Below, piece after piece: positions 47,171 through 59,100 of a DNA stretch of 64,000 nt. Position numbers and translations under genes: made by a program. Under the pieces are notes generated by a model, which saw nothing but the letters and a program-made list of their open reading frames with translations, was not told the DNA's origin and did not search any database. Position 1 is the first letter of the stretch. Every line of letters starts with the position of its first letter. This DNA comes from Macrostomum lignano (Eukaryota): positions 62,001 to 126,000 of the forward strand of contig NIVC01000544.1 of the NCBI GenBank assembly GCA_002269645.1. The letters run 5' to 3'.

Positions 47171-50100
47171 TCAAAGGTCTGTCACAGGCCTAGTATCGAG
47201 TGCCTTCAAGTGGCTAAGACTCAACTCATCATCATTTGTATCTGGCGCCACTTCAAACGCTCCAAGACGAATTTCCGAGTAGCGACGGCGCTTCTTGTCG
47301 GCCGATGATGAGTCGGCCGACAACGAGTTTTGTCGATCGTAAATCGACGAGAGACGTCGCTCGATCAGTCGGTCAGAGCACGAGATTCGGCAGCTTTGGA
47401 TTATTGGACTAGTGACTTGGTTGCTTTCGTGCTCCACTAGAAAAGTCTGCAACTGCGGTTGCTGCTTCTGCTGTTGCTGCTCGTCAAATGCGTAGGCTGA
47501 CAAGGATTCCTGCGACTTGTTTGATGAGGCGGATAGTGCAGTATGTTGCTTAGATATTGGCTTATTTACTAACTTTTCAAGACTTTTTTAACGGGGTATA
47601 CAATTTGAACCTACATGTAACTGTGAAACTTCCACGAATTCTAATATCTAAGCAAACAGACACCAAGACAAACAGACACTAAGACAATTAGGCACCAAAG
47701 ACTACAGTTTCACAAGTCTATTTTTATTGTAAATTAGTTACCTCTTTTCTTTCGCGTTCCTGCCTCTCCATCTGTCGTTGATTTTCTCTATTCTCTTCCT
47801 CTAGCTCGCGTCGGATCTCCTTTTCTAGTTCTTCATCGTCGGACATCATTTTGTGCGATTCCTGGAATTTTTGGAAACGGTCATCTCATAAATAACCATA
47901 GTGGATAGTCCGAAGCCACAAAATAATCAATTGAAGCCACAGAAATCAGTGAGAAGTTGGGCCATAGAATAATTATTGATAAGTTGAGCCATAGAATAAT
48001 GATTGAGGAGTTGAGCCATAGAATAACCAGTGAGGAGTTGGGCCATAGAATAACCAGTGAGGAGTTGGGCCATAGAATATTCAGTCCGGGGAGGCGTTAC
48101 TGGGGGCCATAGAATATGTAGCAGGGAAAGTTGCTGGTGGCCATAACATAGCAATGGGCATATGTAATAATAAGAAACAATTTTCAGACAAACCTCAAGG
48201 TGCTTCATTAAAACAGCGACCACAACGTTAACGAGAACAAACTGGGCCATGAGAACAAAGACCACAAAGTAAATTGGCGCAATAATTGGCGATACGCAAC
48301 AATTTTTTATGCAATCATCGCTCCAATCGCATTTTTCTCGGAGGGTATCCTTCATAATGCCGTTCCAATTGTCGCCTGTAGCAATACGAAACAGAGTCAA
48401 AAATGCCATGCCAAAGTTCTCGAAGTGAGCGTGTCGACTCAGTCCGACGCACGGGTTGTCCAAGGAGCATTCTGAATTGATTGAAGCAATTCGACTTTTA
48501 AACGAATGTACTGCTGCTCCTAACAACGGCCCTGACTTTGGCATTGTCGAGCGGCAAATTGTGCACTTTATTTTAAGATCTATTTTACCAGACTAACGAT
48601 TCAGGCTCAATACATGTATAGTTAAAGTATCTAACGTGTTTCAAATATGCCGGTATACATTAATAATAGTATAATTGAATAACACATGCCCTATTGGGCA
48701 AATTTGCACCCGATAGCTCAGCCGCAGCTATTGCGCGACGCATCTGGAGGCTGCGTACGGCTGTTCAGTCCAAAGACAGGGTCGCCACACACACCCTCAA
48801 TCACCCCAGCTAATGCTGGCACCCATTTTACAGCTGGGTGAACTGAAACAATGCTTCAGTAATATCTAGGTTTCATCACAGTAAAACTCACGGGAGCTAA
48901 ATTCGCTTCTAAGTAACCTTTGTCGTTTCCCGTACTAGGTATTGAGTAGTCCCTGGACACAAATTGTTCCGAGTGGGTTGAGAATCGAACTCCCGGCCTT
49001 TCAGTCATGAGTCCGACGCTCTAACCATTAGGCTACAACCCCCCAGGCTTCAAACATTCGGGGATTGTCTAAATAAGAAGCGTTTTCAAGTATCTCCAAG
49101 CACTGGCTTATGCAACTGCAGACTTTGTTAGTTCATCAAAACCATAAAAATATTTCCCCACACCAAACCTGCAGCTCACCCAATCGACCGAACAGCTCGA
49201 CGCCCAGAGCGGCAAAGATGAAGAACAGCAGGAAGAAGAGCAGGCCGAGATTGCCAACCTGAGGCAGAGCCTGAATAACCGTGTCCAGCAGAGCTCTGAT
49301 GCCTTTGGCCATCTTCAGCAGCTTCAGGACTGCGGATTGATTGAAAGCGGAAGTGGTTTTGGTCGCTAGGTTGGTTAGAATGACTCCATATTATTCCAAA
49401 TCCGTGCTTTGCCAAAAATCAAGTAGAAAATGAGAAAAGCAAGCATTACCTCTGGCAATTCGAAGCACTCGCATAACGCGAATAATTGTCGGATTAATTG
49501 GAATAATTTTCGCTTCCATCTCTTCCAGGACAATTCCACTGACGGATAGAATAACTATGATGACGTCAAGCTGATTCCACCTGTAGAGCATATTTCGGAT
49601 GGCTTACAAGTGCGTTGTTTTGCAACTGCATAATTGGGCATTTGCTCGTCAAATAAATCACTCGTTGCAGTAATAACAAAATATCGAAAGCTAAAATTAT
49701 GGGTGAATTCGTTAACCTAGGTTTTTGCGGCTCATTTCCAGGATCTTGGAGCTTGGTACATAATTGTTGGGCCAGCCTGCATGCCTTTGTTGTCTTGAAA
49801 ACCTATTCAACAACACAAATTTGTGCCAAAATTTTCTGGATAGACCACATTAATTAAATGTGCAGTAGTTATAGATTATTATAAAACGTTTAAACAAAAT
49901 TCAGAAATTCTATTTTTTAGAGGCGGCTGTTGTGGAATTATTTACACTCAAAATCAACAACTTTTTAATTAAAAAAACTTTCAAACCGTTAATTCTGTTT
50001 GCTGCGCAAAATTAAATGCAATAAAAGTCAATATTATCGAAACGTCAAAGACGTGAAAGAAAGATCTAACCGTAGGAAGCAAGCAGGCAGAGGTGAAACA

Positions 50101-53100
50101 ATAAGAATTTTTTGTTGGCATTGCTAAAGAAAAATATTTAACTTACCTGCTGAACATTCAGCAATCAAACAATTGGCGTTTACGAGATAGCGCATCAGAA
50201 ACGGGGAACGGGTGGTGTACGTTAAAGCAATAAACAAATGTATGAGAGGAACATTAATTGAAGATAGGTGATTCAAATCGGGTGTATTCTCGAAGTCTAG
50301 ACTCGAAAAATTAGGGAACTTTTTGGAGAGAGAAAAAAACACAAATATGCTTCATACAGTGGTAGTAATAAATTAAAGCTCGAAGACAAATACAAAGACA
50401 AAGCCGGAACGTATTGTTTTAAATTTAAACAAAAAATATAACAAATCTGTTTCTAATTATTTATTATTGAATAATAGTGACGATTTTATTTGTCTCAATT
50501 GTTAATTATAATATAAACTATTATAATTAGCTATTTATTTATTATTATCTTAATAAGCCTTACCTGTCCATGAAGTACCGCTTGAAGCCGAGTGCGATAA
50601 TTTTAAAAGCCGCCTCAATGATGAAGACAGTTGTGAAAAAGTAGTTAGTAGCCTTCAAACCGAGTTCTAGTTCCTAAAGTTATAAAATTAAAAAACAGCA
50701 TGTTGATGGAAGTCTTTTAAACAATTCAAATTTCCTTGCTCCAACAAGACCGACCTTTGGCATTAGATAGAACTCCATCGCCATTGTGATAACATTCAGA
50801 CCAATTATGGTTGCAATTACCAGATCGAAGTACTTGCTATCTACCAGTTTGTGTATTCTGAGTCGCCATGGCGGGTAGGAACTCCAGTAGGGTCGTTCGC
50901 GGATTCCTGCGGTGTGTCAAGTGAGTAGATTTTATTTGCAACCCGCGTGCAAAAGCAATTGCATTTGCATTATTCTAATACACACTTAGTAGCTAAATGT
51001 TGAAATCAAGGAAATTTTTGTTTCAATCACACAAAAACCAGGCGCTTCTTCTGAGGTCATGACATCGCGGAAGCTAAATCAACGTACACTAGTAGACTAC
51101 TTCTGTTGCAGTCGAAGTTAAAACTTCCTTTTCAATCATATTCCAACTCGAAACGATATATTACGCCTCCGTCAGATCACAATGAAGAGTTTTCTAATCT
51201 CAGCACAAATTATAAATTTTCAGTAATTGCTCATTTTTAACAATCATTTATCACACTCCTTAAGACAGCCATTCCTGAGACAGCCATTCCCTAAGAGAGA
51301 CATAAGACACTCCTAAGACAGATATTTCCTAAGACACACCCAAGGCACTCCTAAGACATTTTTAAGACACACCTAAGACACTTCTAAGACACACTTAAGA
51401 CACTCCTAAGACACACTTAAGACACTCCTAAGACAGCCATTCCTGAGACACTCCTAAGACACTCATAAGACAGCCATTCCTGAGACACTTCTAAGACACA
51501 CCTAAGACAGCCATTCCTGAGACACTCCTAATCCTAAGACACTCCTAAGACAATAATTGCAAACAAATCAGATCAAACCCTAAGCTTTAAACGCAATAAA
51601 AGCTACTCACTTTTCCGTCGTTTCTCCATCCTTCTGGCCCTCTTAGCGGCCCGTCTGGCCTTCTCCTCTTTCTCCTGGCTAGCGCGGCACTTGTGAAAAT
51701 TTTCAACCACGACGCCGACGAACATGTTAAGTACAAAGAAGCCGACAAGTAATAGGAACGAGATGAAATACAATAGCAACCATTCGTTGTGGTTCTCCTT
51801 CGGTTGCATGTTCTCGCCCACAGCGTCTAAGCCAGTGTACATAATCTGCACCCAGCCATCTTTGCTAGACAGCACAAACAGAGCCATGAGTGCTTGGCCT
51901 AGATTGTCGAAATTGTACTTGTGCTTTATCCATTTGTTGCGCTTGTCAGCTAAACAGTCGGTGATGTTCATCACGTTGGATACGTCTGGTCCGTCGCAGT
52001 AGTAGAACTTGCCTTTGAATAGTTGGACGCCTGCGAATGTAGGGAAGGTAAAATTTTTAGACACGCATTAACAGAATATTACTGCGTGTATTCTCGATTT
52101 GAAACTTGTGTCTTCAGTTCAATGGTTCTTGGTTTAACTTCGTGTCTTCAGTTCAATGGTTCTTGGTTTAACTTCGTGTCTTCAGTTCAATGGTCCTTGG
52201 TTTAACTTCGTGTCTTCAGTTCAATGGTCCTTGGTTTAACCCCCGTGTCTTCAACTCAATGGTCCTTGGTTTAACTTCGTGTATTCAGTTCAATGGTTCT
52301 TGGTTTAACTTCGTGTCTTCAGCTCAATGGTCCTTGGTTTAACTTCGTGTCTTCAGCTCAATGGTTCTTGGTTTAACTTCGTGTCTTCAGTTCAATGGTC
52401 CTTGGTTTAACTTCGTGTCTTCAGTTCAATGGTCCTTGGTTTAACTTCGTGTCTTCAGTTCAATGGTCCTTGGTTTAACTTCGTGTATTCAGTTCAATGG
52501 TTCTTGGTTTAACTTCGTGTATTCAGTTCAATGGTTCTTGGTTTAACTTCGTGTCTTCAGTTCAATGGTTCTTGGTTTAACCTCGTGTCTTCAGCTCAAT
52601 GGTTCTTGGTTTAACTTCGTGTCTTCAGCTCAATGGTCCTTGGTTTAACTTCGTGTCTTCAGCTCAATGGTTCTTGGTTTAACTTCGTGTCTTCAGTTCA
52701 ATGTTTCTTGCTTTAACCTCGTGTCTTCAGCTCAATGTTTCTTGGTTTAACCTCGTGTCTTCAACTCCATATTTGATTGGGTATTTGATTAAATACTCTT
52801 TACTCAACCGGCCCATTACCGTTTTCCCCATTTTTCAATCAGACCTAAATATAGACTTACCCAGAATGCCGAATATGATGAAGAATGTGCAACAGATGAG
52901 CACAATATTGCCAATAGGTCTCAGCGAAGACAGCAGAGTCTGCACTACCAGCTTGAGTCCTGGCGCTCTACTAATAACCCTCAGTGGTCGCAAAGTTCGT
53001 AACAAACGAAACACCCTCAGAATACCGAATATTCTATTGCTGCTCCCAGCAATTAGAGTAATGAGGGCATCGATTAGGGACACGGCCACCAGAGCGCCGT

Positions 53101-56100
53101 CCATGATGTTCCAGCCGCTCTTCAGATAGGCGTGCTGGCCCAGCACGAGGCCCTTGGCGGCCACCTTTAGCGACATTTCGACCGTGAAAATCCAAGTGAA
53201 TATGTTGTTGCTAATTCTTAGAAATTGCCGCTCCTAAATAACAGTTTCGGAATTAAATAATCAATTGTAATTAAAGCAGTTTAAGTATGGAAAAACTGAT
53301 AAAAAGATTAATCTGATGTACGATTGGAAGTGAATTTTTCATATACGAGCCAAGGACCACTAGAAGTTACCGTTGTATCAGGACTTTTTGACAATGTGAC
53401 TTCATTGATATAAAAGTTCAAGTTTAAAATACATTGGCTTACTGTTAGTTTTTTACTTGTTTTCTCATTTCGCATGCATTTTTTCTGAAACTAGATAGGC
53501 CTGTTATTATATCGAAAGTGAACTTAAATAAAAAAAAAGTTGTGATACTGTACAAGTTTTATTTGACTGCTACTGTTCATTTAAACAGCAAAAGGAAGAT
53601 TATGAATGTTGGAGTCCTTGTTGGGCAGGTGTGCCAAGATTTCGGAAATATTGCGCCTTCCTGATTTTGATTATACTGGTTTTTGATAGTGAAGTGTATA
53701 ACGCCTTTGCAGCCTACTCAACTCTGTACAGATTATCTGCTTTATAAAGCTTCCAAACTGGAGGATATAAAGTATTGTCTGCTACTTTATCGAAACTAGC
53801 AGGCAATGATTGAAATAACTGAAACTTTATTCATTTTGACTGCAATGAAATATTGCGTATTGACGTTACTTTACTGTACGCCCGCCGCTCCTACATGTAA
53901 ATATAGCGCCAAACTGTGCTTCATGTTAAAGAAAACAAAATTTCGAGCAACCTGGCGAAAAAATTGTCTTTCTAAGTGCAACCAGTCCGGAGTTATGAGC
54001 ATTTAAGTTTAGCTGCAATGCAAACAAGCGGGCCTTCAAATAATTTTGCAATATTTACGAGTGTTGCGTCCTGATACAACGGTAACTTCTAGTGGTCCTT
54101 GATACGAGCCTATGCACATTCACAAAGAAAATCAAACAGTCAACAATAGCAAAATGTAAAATAATAAAATGGTCTAAATGTACTCTATAAATAGCCTAAA
54201 TGTACACTATGGGAAGGAAAGAATCTACATGAACACCAGGGTAAGGAAAACAGCCTAGATGTACACTAGGGGAAGGAAACAGCCTAGATGTATATTAGCG
54301 GAAGGAAAACAGCCTCAAGTACACACTAGAGGGAAAGAAAATAGCCTAGATGTACACTAGGGGAAGAAAACAGCCTAGATGGAAAAAAAATAGCCTAGAT
54401 GTACACTAGGCGAAGGAAGATCCAAGCCCCAGGAAGGAAAATTATCTGGTTAGCTGTACGAGATAGTATAATTCAGCTAATAAGAGGCAATGAATCAGGA
54501 TTTAAAATAACAATTGCAGTAAAATTTCGCTTACAATGCTATCGAGAGGAATGGACGGCCGCTCCATTGCCAGTGTGATGCAGTTCAGCGCTATAAAGAA
54601 TAGCACTGTGTAATCAAATGACTTCAGCGTTACAATCCTTTGGCACAGGATTCTTAGCCTGAAATAAAGTGATTATAAATGAAGATCGGGTCAAATAAAT
54701 TAATGCTCTAACTGACAGCTTTTTCTTAATGATTCTCACCTGTTATCAGGTCCTAACAGATACAACGCGTAATTTTCGCGTTCTTTAAAGCAACCGTGCG
54801 GAGCAGGGAGCCACCTGGCTAGCCATGGTGGCTGAAATTAAATTAATAAACTTCCTTTTATTTATGGTATGCAAATTGAGCAAAGAAAACGCTAGACTGT
54901 ACGGTATAGGTACAGAAAAACTGGTCTGTGCCCAGCAAAGTGCAATCAGTCAAACAGATGTACATTCGAGGGTAGGAAAATCAGTCAAACAGATGTACAT
55001 TTGGGGGTAGGAAAATCAGCCAAATAGGTGTACATTCGAGGGTAGGAAAACCAGCCAAATGGATGTACATTTGAGGGTAGGAAAATCAGCCAAGTAGATG
55101 TACATTTGAGGGTAGGAAAACCAGCCAAATGGATGTACATTTGAGGGTAGGAAAATCTGCCAAATGGATGTACATTTGAGGGTAGGAAAATCTGCCAAAT
55201 TGATGTACATTTGAGGGTAGGAAAATCAGCCAAACAGATGTACCCTTAGAGGATAAAAATTAACTGCTGGCTCTTACTCACCCAGAAGGCGTCGTCGCGC
55301 TTGTCCTGACACCGCACAGATCCAGTCGGCAGCGCGTCCGCCTGCTCAGCTTTGTTCCAACAGCTGCTAATTGAATCCTGCGGCGTCACAGTCCGATAGC
55401 TGCCGCTGAAACTGCCTCGTCGATGCTGAGATTGGCCAGGCGGCTGACGTCCGCTCAGCGATTGAGGCGTCACTGGACGGAATATTCTGCCGTTTGGACC
55501 GCAGGTTGGCGGGAGCGGCGATGCCGGGTTGCCGTTGCAGCTGCCGCTTTTATGAGGGTTGACGAATTAGGAGGCTTAGTTAGATAAACTACGAGTTCTA
55601 AATCATTAGTAAAATGTATCGTAATTTTATATAAACTATATTTAAACTGATATGGTTTACACTTCCAGCCTTAGAAAAACACTTTTAGGGCTGGAAGTGT
55701 GATATGTTGTATTGGGGATTTCAGAGGCCAGGGAGTGAGGTGGATGTCTTGAGGGTGTAGAGAACCTGCCATAGAGTGAGGTGGATGTCTTGAGGGGGTA
55801 GAGATACTGCCGTGGAGTGAGGTGGGTGTCTCGAGGAGGTATAACGTTATACTGCAATGGAGTGAGGTGGGTGTCTCGAGGGGTAGAGATACTGACATTG
55901 AGTGAGCTGGGTGTCTTGACGGTTGGCAATATATGAATTTAGTTAATAAATATTAACTTAATTAGCTGTTACAAAAGCAAAAAACCAAGACATTTCGTAG
56001 CGTGGGATCAATCAGCAATAAAATAATTAGTAAGAGCGAGACAATAGGCTCAATAATGTAAAGGAATATATAAGCTATACTTATTTTCAAGCAGATAATC

Positions 56101-59100
56101 ATAAAAGGGGACAATAGCTTAGGGTGTATAGGTTAATTGCGAATACCTGAGCGCAGACTGCTTTCTGCGATAAACAAACGTCAAAGTTTGCGAGCCCGAC
56201 AAGCGACCAGAAGCCAGTTTAACTACAATTTCACCAGCTGAATCATCATCCGATTCGCTGGGACAAAAAAGTTTTTAAAACCATTTACTGAGAGTTTAGC
56301 ATGCTATTGTGCCAGCATTACTGCTATATATGTGTTTAAGTATTATTTTATTTGCTTAGCTAATAGCGCATTATCCGGGGCCGAAAATAGATTAGAAGTT
56401 AAACAGCGCATGCGCACGATATACTACTTGATATAGTTAATAATGCAGCTATAGAGTATGCCATAATTGAATTGCAGTTGCAGGGATTGTAGGGATTGAA
56501 GTGCGGTGGGTGCGGGGAGTGAGGTGGGTGCGGGGAGTGAGGTGGGTGCGGGGAGTGAGGTGGGTGCGAGGAGTGAGGTGGGTGCGGGGAGTGAGGTGGG
56601 TGCGGGGAGTGAGGTGGTGCGGGGAGTGAGGTGGGTGCGGGGAGTGAGGTGGGTGCGGGGAGTGAGGTGGGGGCAGGGAGTGAGGTGGGTGCGGGGAGTG
56701 GGATGGGTGCTGGGAGTAAGGTGGGTGCAGGGAGTAAGGTGGGTGGAGGAGTGAGGGGGGCAGGGAGTGAGGTAGATGGATTCTGACATTGAAAACTCTG
56801 TCCTCTCAAGTAGCGAATAAAAAATTAATTTAATTCACAGCGCGGCAATGCGGAACGCATTATATTCAAAGTGCGGCGACCGAAACAGTTGACAAGGAAT
56901 GCACATATGTTTGTAGCAGAGCAAAGCCTAGCGTAGGGTAAGGCAGATGTCGTTTATCTACTGCTACGAAGGTTAGAGATGCTAATCAGTTCTCGCGAAT
57001 GCATAATGGCATAAAAACTTTTTTATCTCAGTTTAGGATCTGTAAAATTGCTACACTTTCTCTTATTTTGAAGCTTCTTACCTGTAAAAACTTTCGCCCT
57101 GGGAAGTTGAGCGCACCTTACGTACCGGGGAACCCTCAGATACGGACTTGTCGTTCTGCTGTTGTGGGGGTTGATTGGTATTTATTTTTAGTTAATTAGA
57201 CTAGCAATCTTGTGCCCCCCTTCGGGGCGGCCAATAAGCAATGAGCAAAAATTATTTATGCAAGTCCATTAAAAAGCACACTTTGTTAAGAACCAATACA
57301 ACTCCTTCTTCAGTTTTACAAATCACCTTATTTGAGGAAATTTCGTTAGGCATGTACACTTCACTGTGCCTTGGGGGTTGGCCTTCAAGTTGGGCGTTAA
57401 TTGCACAAGCAGAGCCAAGCCGAGATTCCAATTTAGCCCCAAATTAATGCGACTGCACTTGGAATCGAGCCTGGGCCGCTGGGCTACGGTCTTCAGAAGC
57501 TACAAGTACATTGCAAAGTGTCTCAGATACTCGTTAAAGATAATTATCCACGAGCTACTCACAGACAATGACCGATCAATGGAAGCAATGCTAGTTGAGC
57601 TGAATCGAAATGCACTGGAAAGATCCAACTGTTGCTTTTGCTGCTGCTGCTGCTGCAGCTGTTGTTGTTGCTGAAGCAGCTCCGCTGTTTCTGTTGCCCT
57701 GTATTTGGCGACAGCGGTTTCCGCTGCAGCAAAAGTGGCCTCAATAGCGGGACTGCCCTGCGGCGGTGTGGGCTGAGGCGTTGCTGCTGTGTGGGTGATG
57801 ATTGGAGGGATCAGTGCTGATGATGGCGGCTGCGGCTGCTGCTGCTGCTGGTCTGGGCGGCCTGCGGCTGCTGACGGCTCATCTGATTGGATAATTTATA
57901 ACTCGGTGAGTTTCAGTAGGCTTTTTGCCAGGTTTTGAGTATTTGAGTTTGCAATTTTTATAAGCATTGATAGACTTTGAGTATAGGCTTTAGATAGGCT
58001 GTGAGTAGGCTTTGTGTAGGTTTTGAGTAGGCTTTGGGTAGGTTTTAGGTAGGTTTTAGGTAGGTTTTGGGTAGGTTTTGAGTAGGCCTAGTGTAGGTTT
58101 TTAGTAGGTTTTGGGTAGGCTTTCATCTAAGCTTTAAACAGGCTTTGAGTAGATTTTGAGTAGGTTTTGAGTTGGTTTTGAGCAGGTTTTGAGTAGGTTT
58201 TGAGTAGGTTTTGAGTAGATTTTGAGCAGGTTTTGAGTAGGTTTCGAGTTTGCTTTGATGGAATCTATATAGGAATCGAGATTTATCGCAGTCCTTAAGC
58301 AAGTTCTCATCATTTCGCTCTGTCAGTTTAAATGGATTTGAATCAGACTAAACCTATCGATCGCAACAAAACTCTCACCGAACAGTCGACTGGGCAGGCG
58401 TCGCTTCGACAATTCGACGGTGTCGGGCGGCTCCCCGTCCTCGGCGTCCTCGGCGTCGCTGCCTGGCCCCAGGCCGGAGTCGGCGCCGTGAACTGAGTTG
58501 AGCTGGACAGAACTGGCCGCTTTCTGCGCTCGCAAAAATTGTCAGGTAATTTTTTAGGGTAATTAAAACTCTGGTTCACCGAATTTGGGCATTAATTCCT
58601 CTTTGAAAAAAACAGTTTTTAAGTTGCGTTGGGGTCAATTAAAAGGTTGGACAACATTGAAGAGTTCAACTGTTGAATATTGGAGAATGTCTTTTAGCTA
58701 CTAAATATTTTGCAATACAAAATGCGACTTATACGAGTAAAGTAGCAATGAAATATTCGTACTGCGAGAATTGAAGTTTAAAAGAAAAACAGACAAACTA
58801 TAATATAATACCTTTTTCGATTAGCGATAGGAATGAAAACTTAGGCGGCTACGTGTAGAAGACACAATGTTAAAATAAGCGATAGACTTTTGATCCTGCG
58901 ACTCTATATAGTCGTATCCACATTGCCAAAAGACAAATAAAAATTAACGCATAAAATTCGAATATATGGCTTGTGTACAGCGACCCTTGACTTTCAAACA
59001 AATCAATGTGGCCACGCAGGGATTCGAACCCAGGGTCGTGTATCGCGAGAGTCAGACGCGTTCACCGCTGGACTACATTAATTCTGATTGTAAAGTTTCA

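Noticed and set aside
50124-50342. Possible alternative domain IV S2 exon ending at a strong CAG|GTAAGT donor (~50146)
   Set aside because: The phase-2 frame required has a TGA just upstream, and there is no similarity to the 50564-50673 exon.
51600-51611. Optional exon-25c-type extension of the Cav3 III-IV linker
   Set aside because: Read-through past the donor hits TAG after two codons (RRK-SE*), so no in-frame extension is possible.
59009-59078. Functional tRNA gene
   Set aside because: The 5' acceptor-stem strand is absent and the anticodon stem does not pair. Kept only as a tRNA-like remnant.
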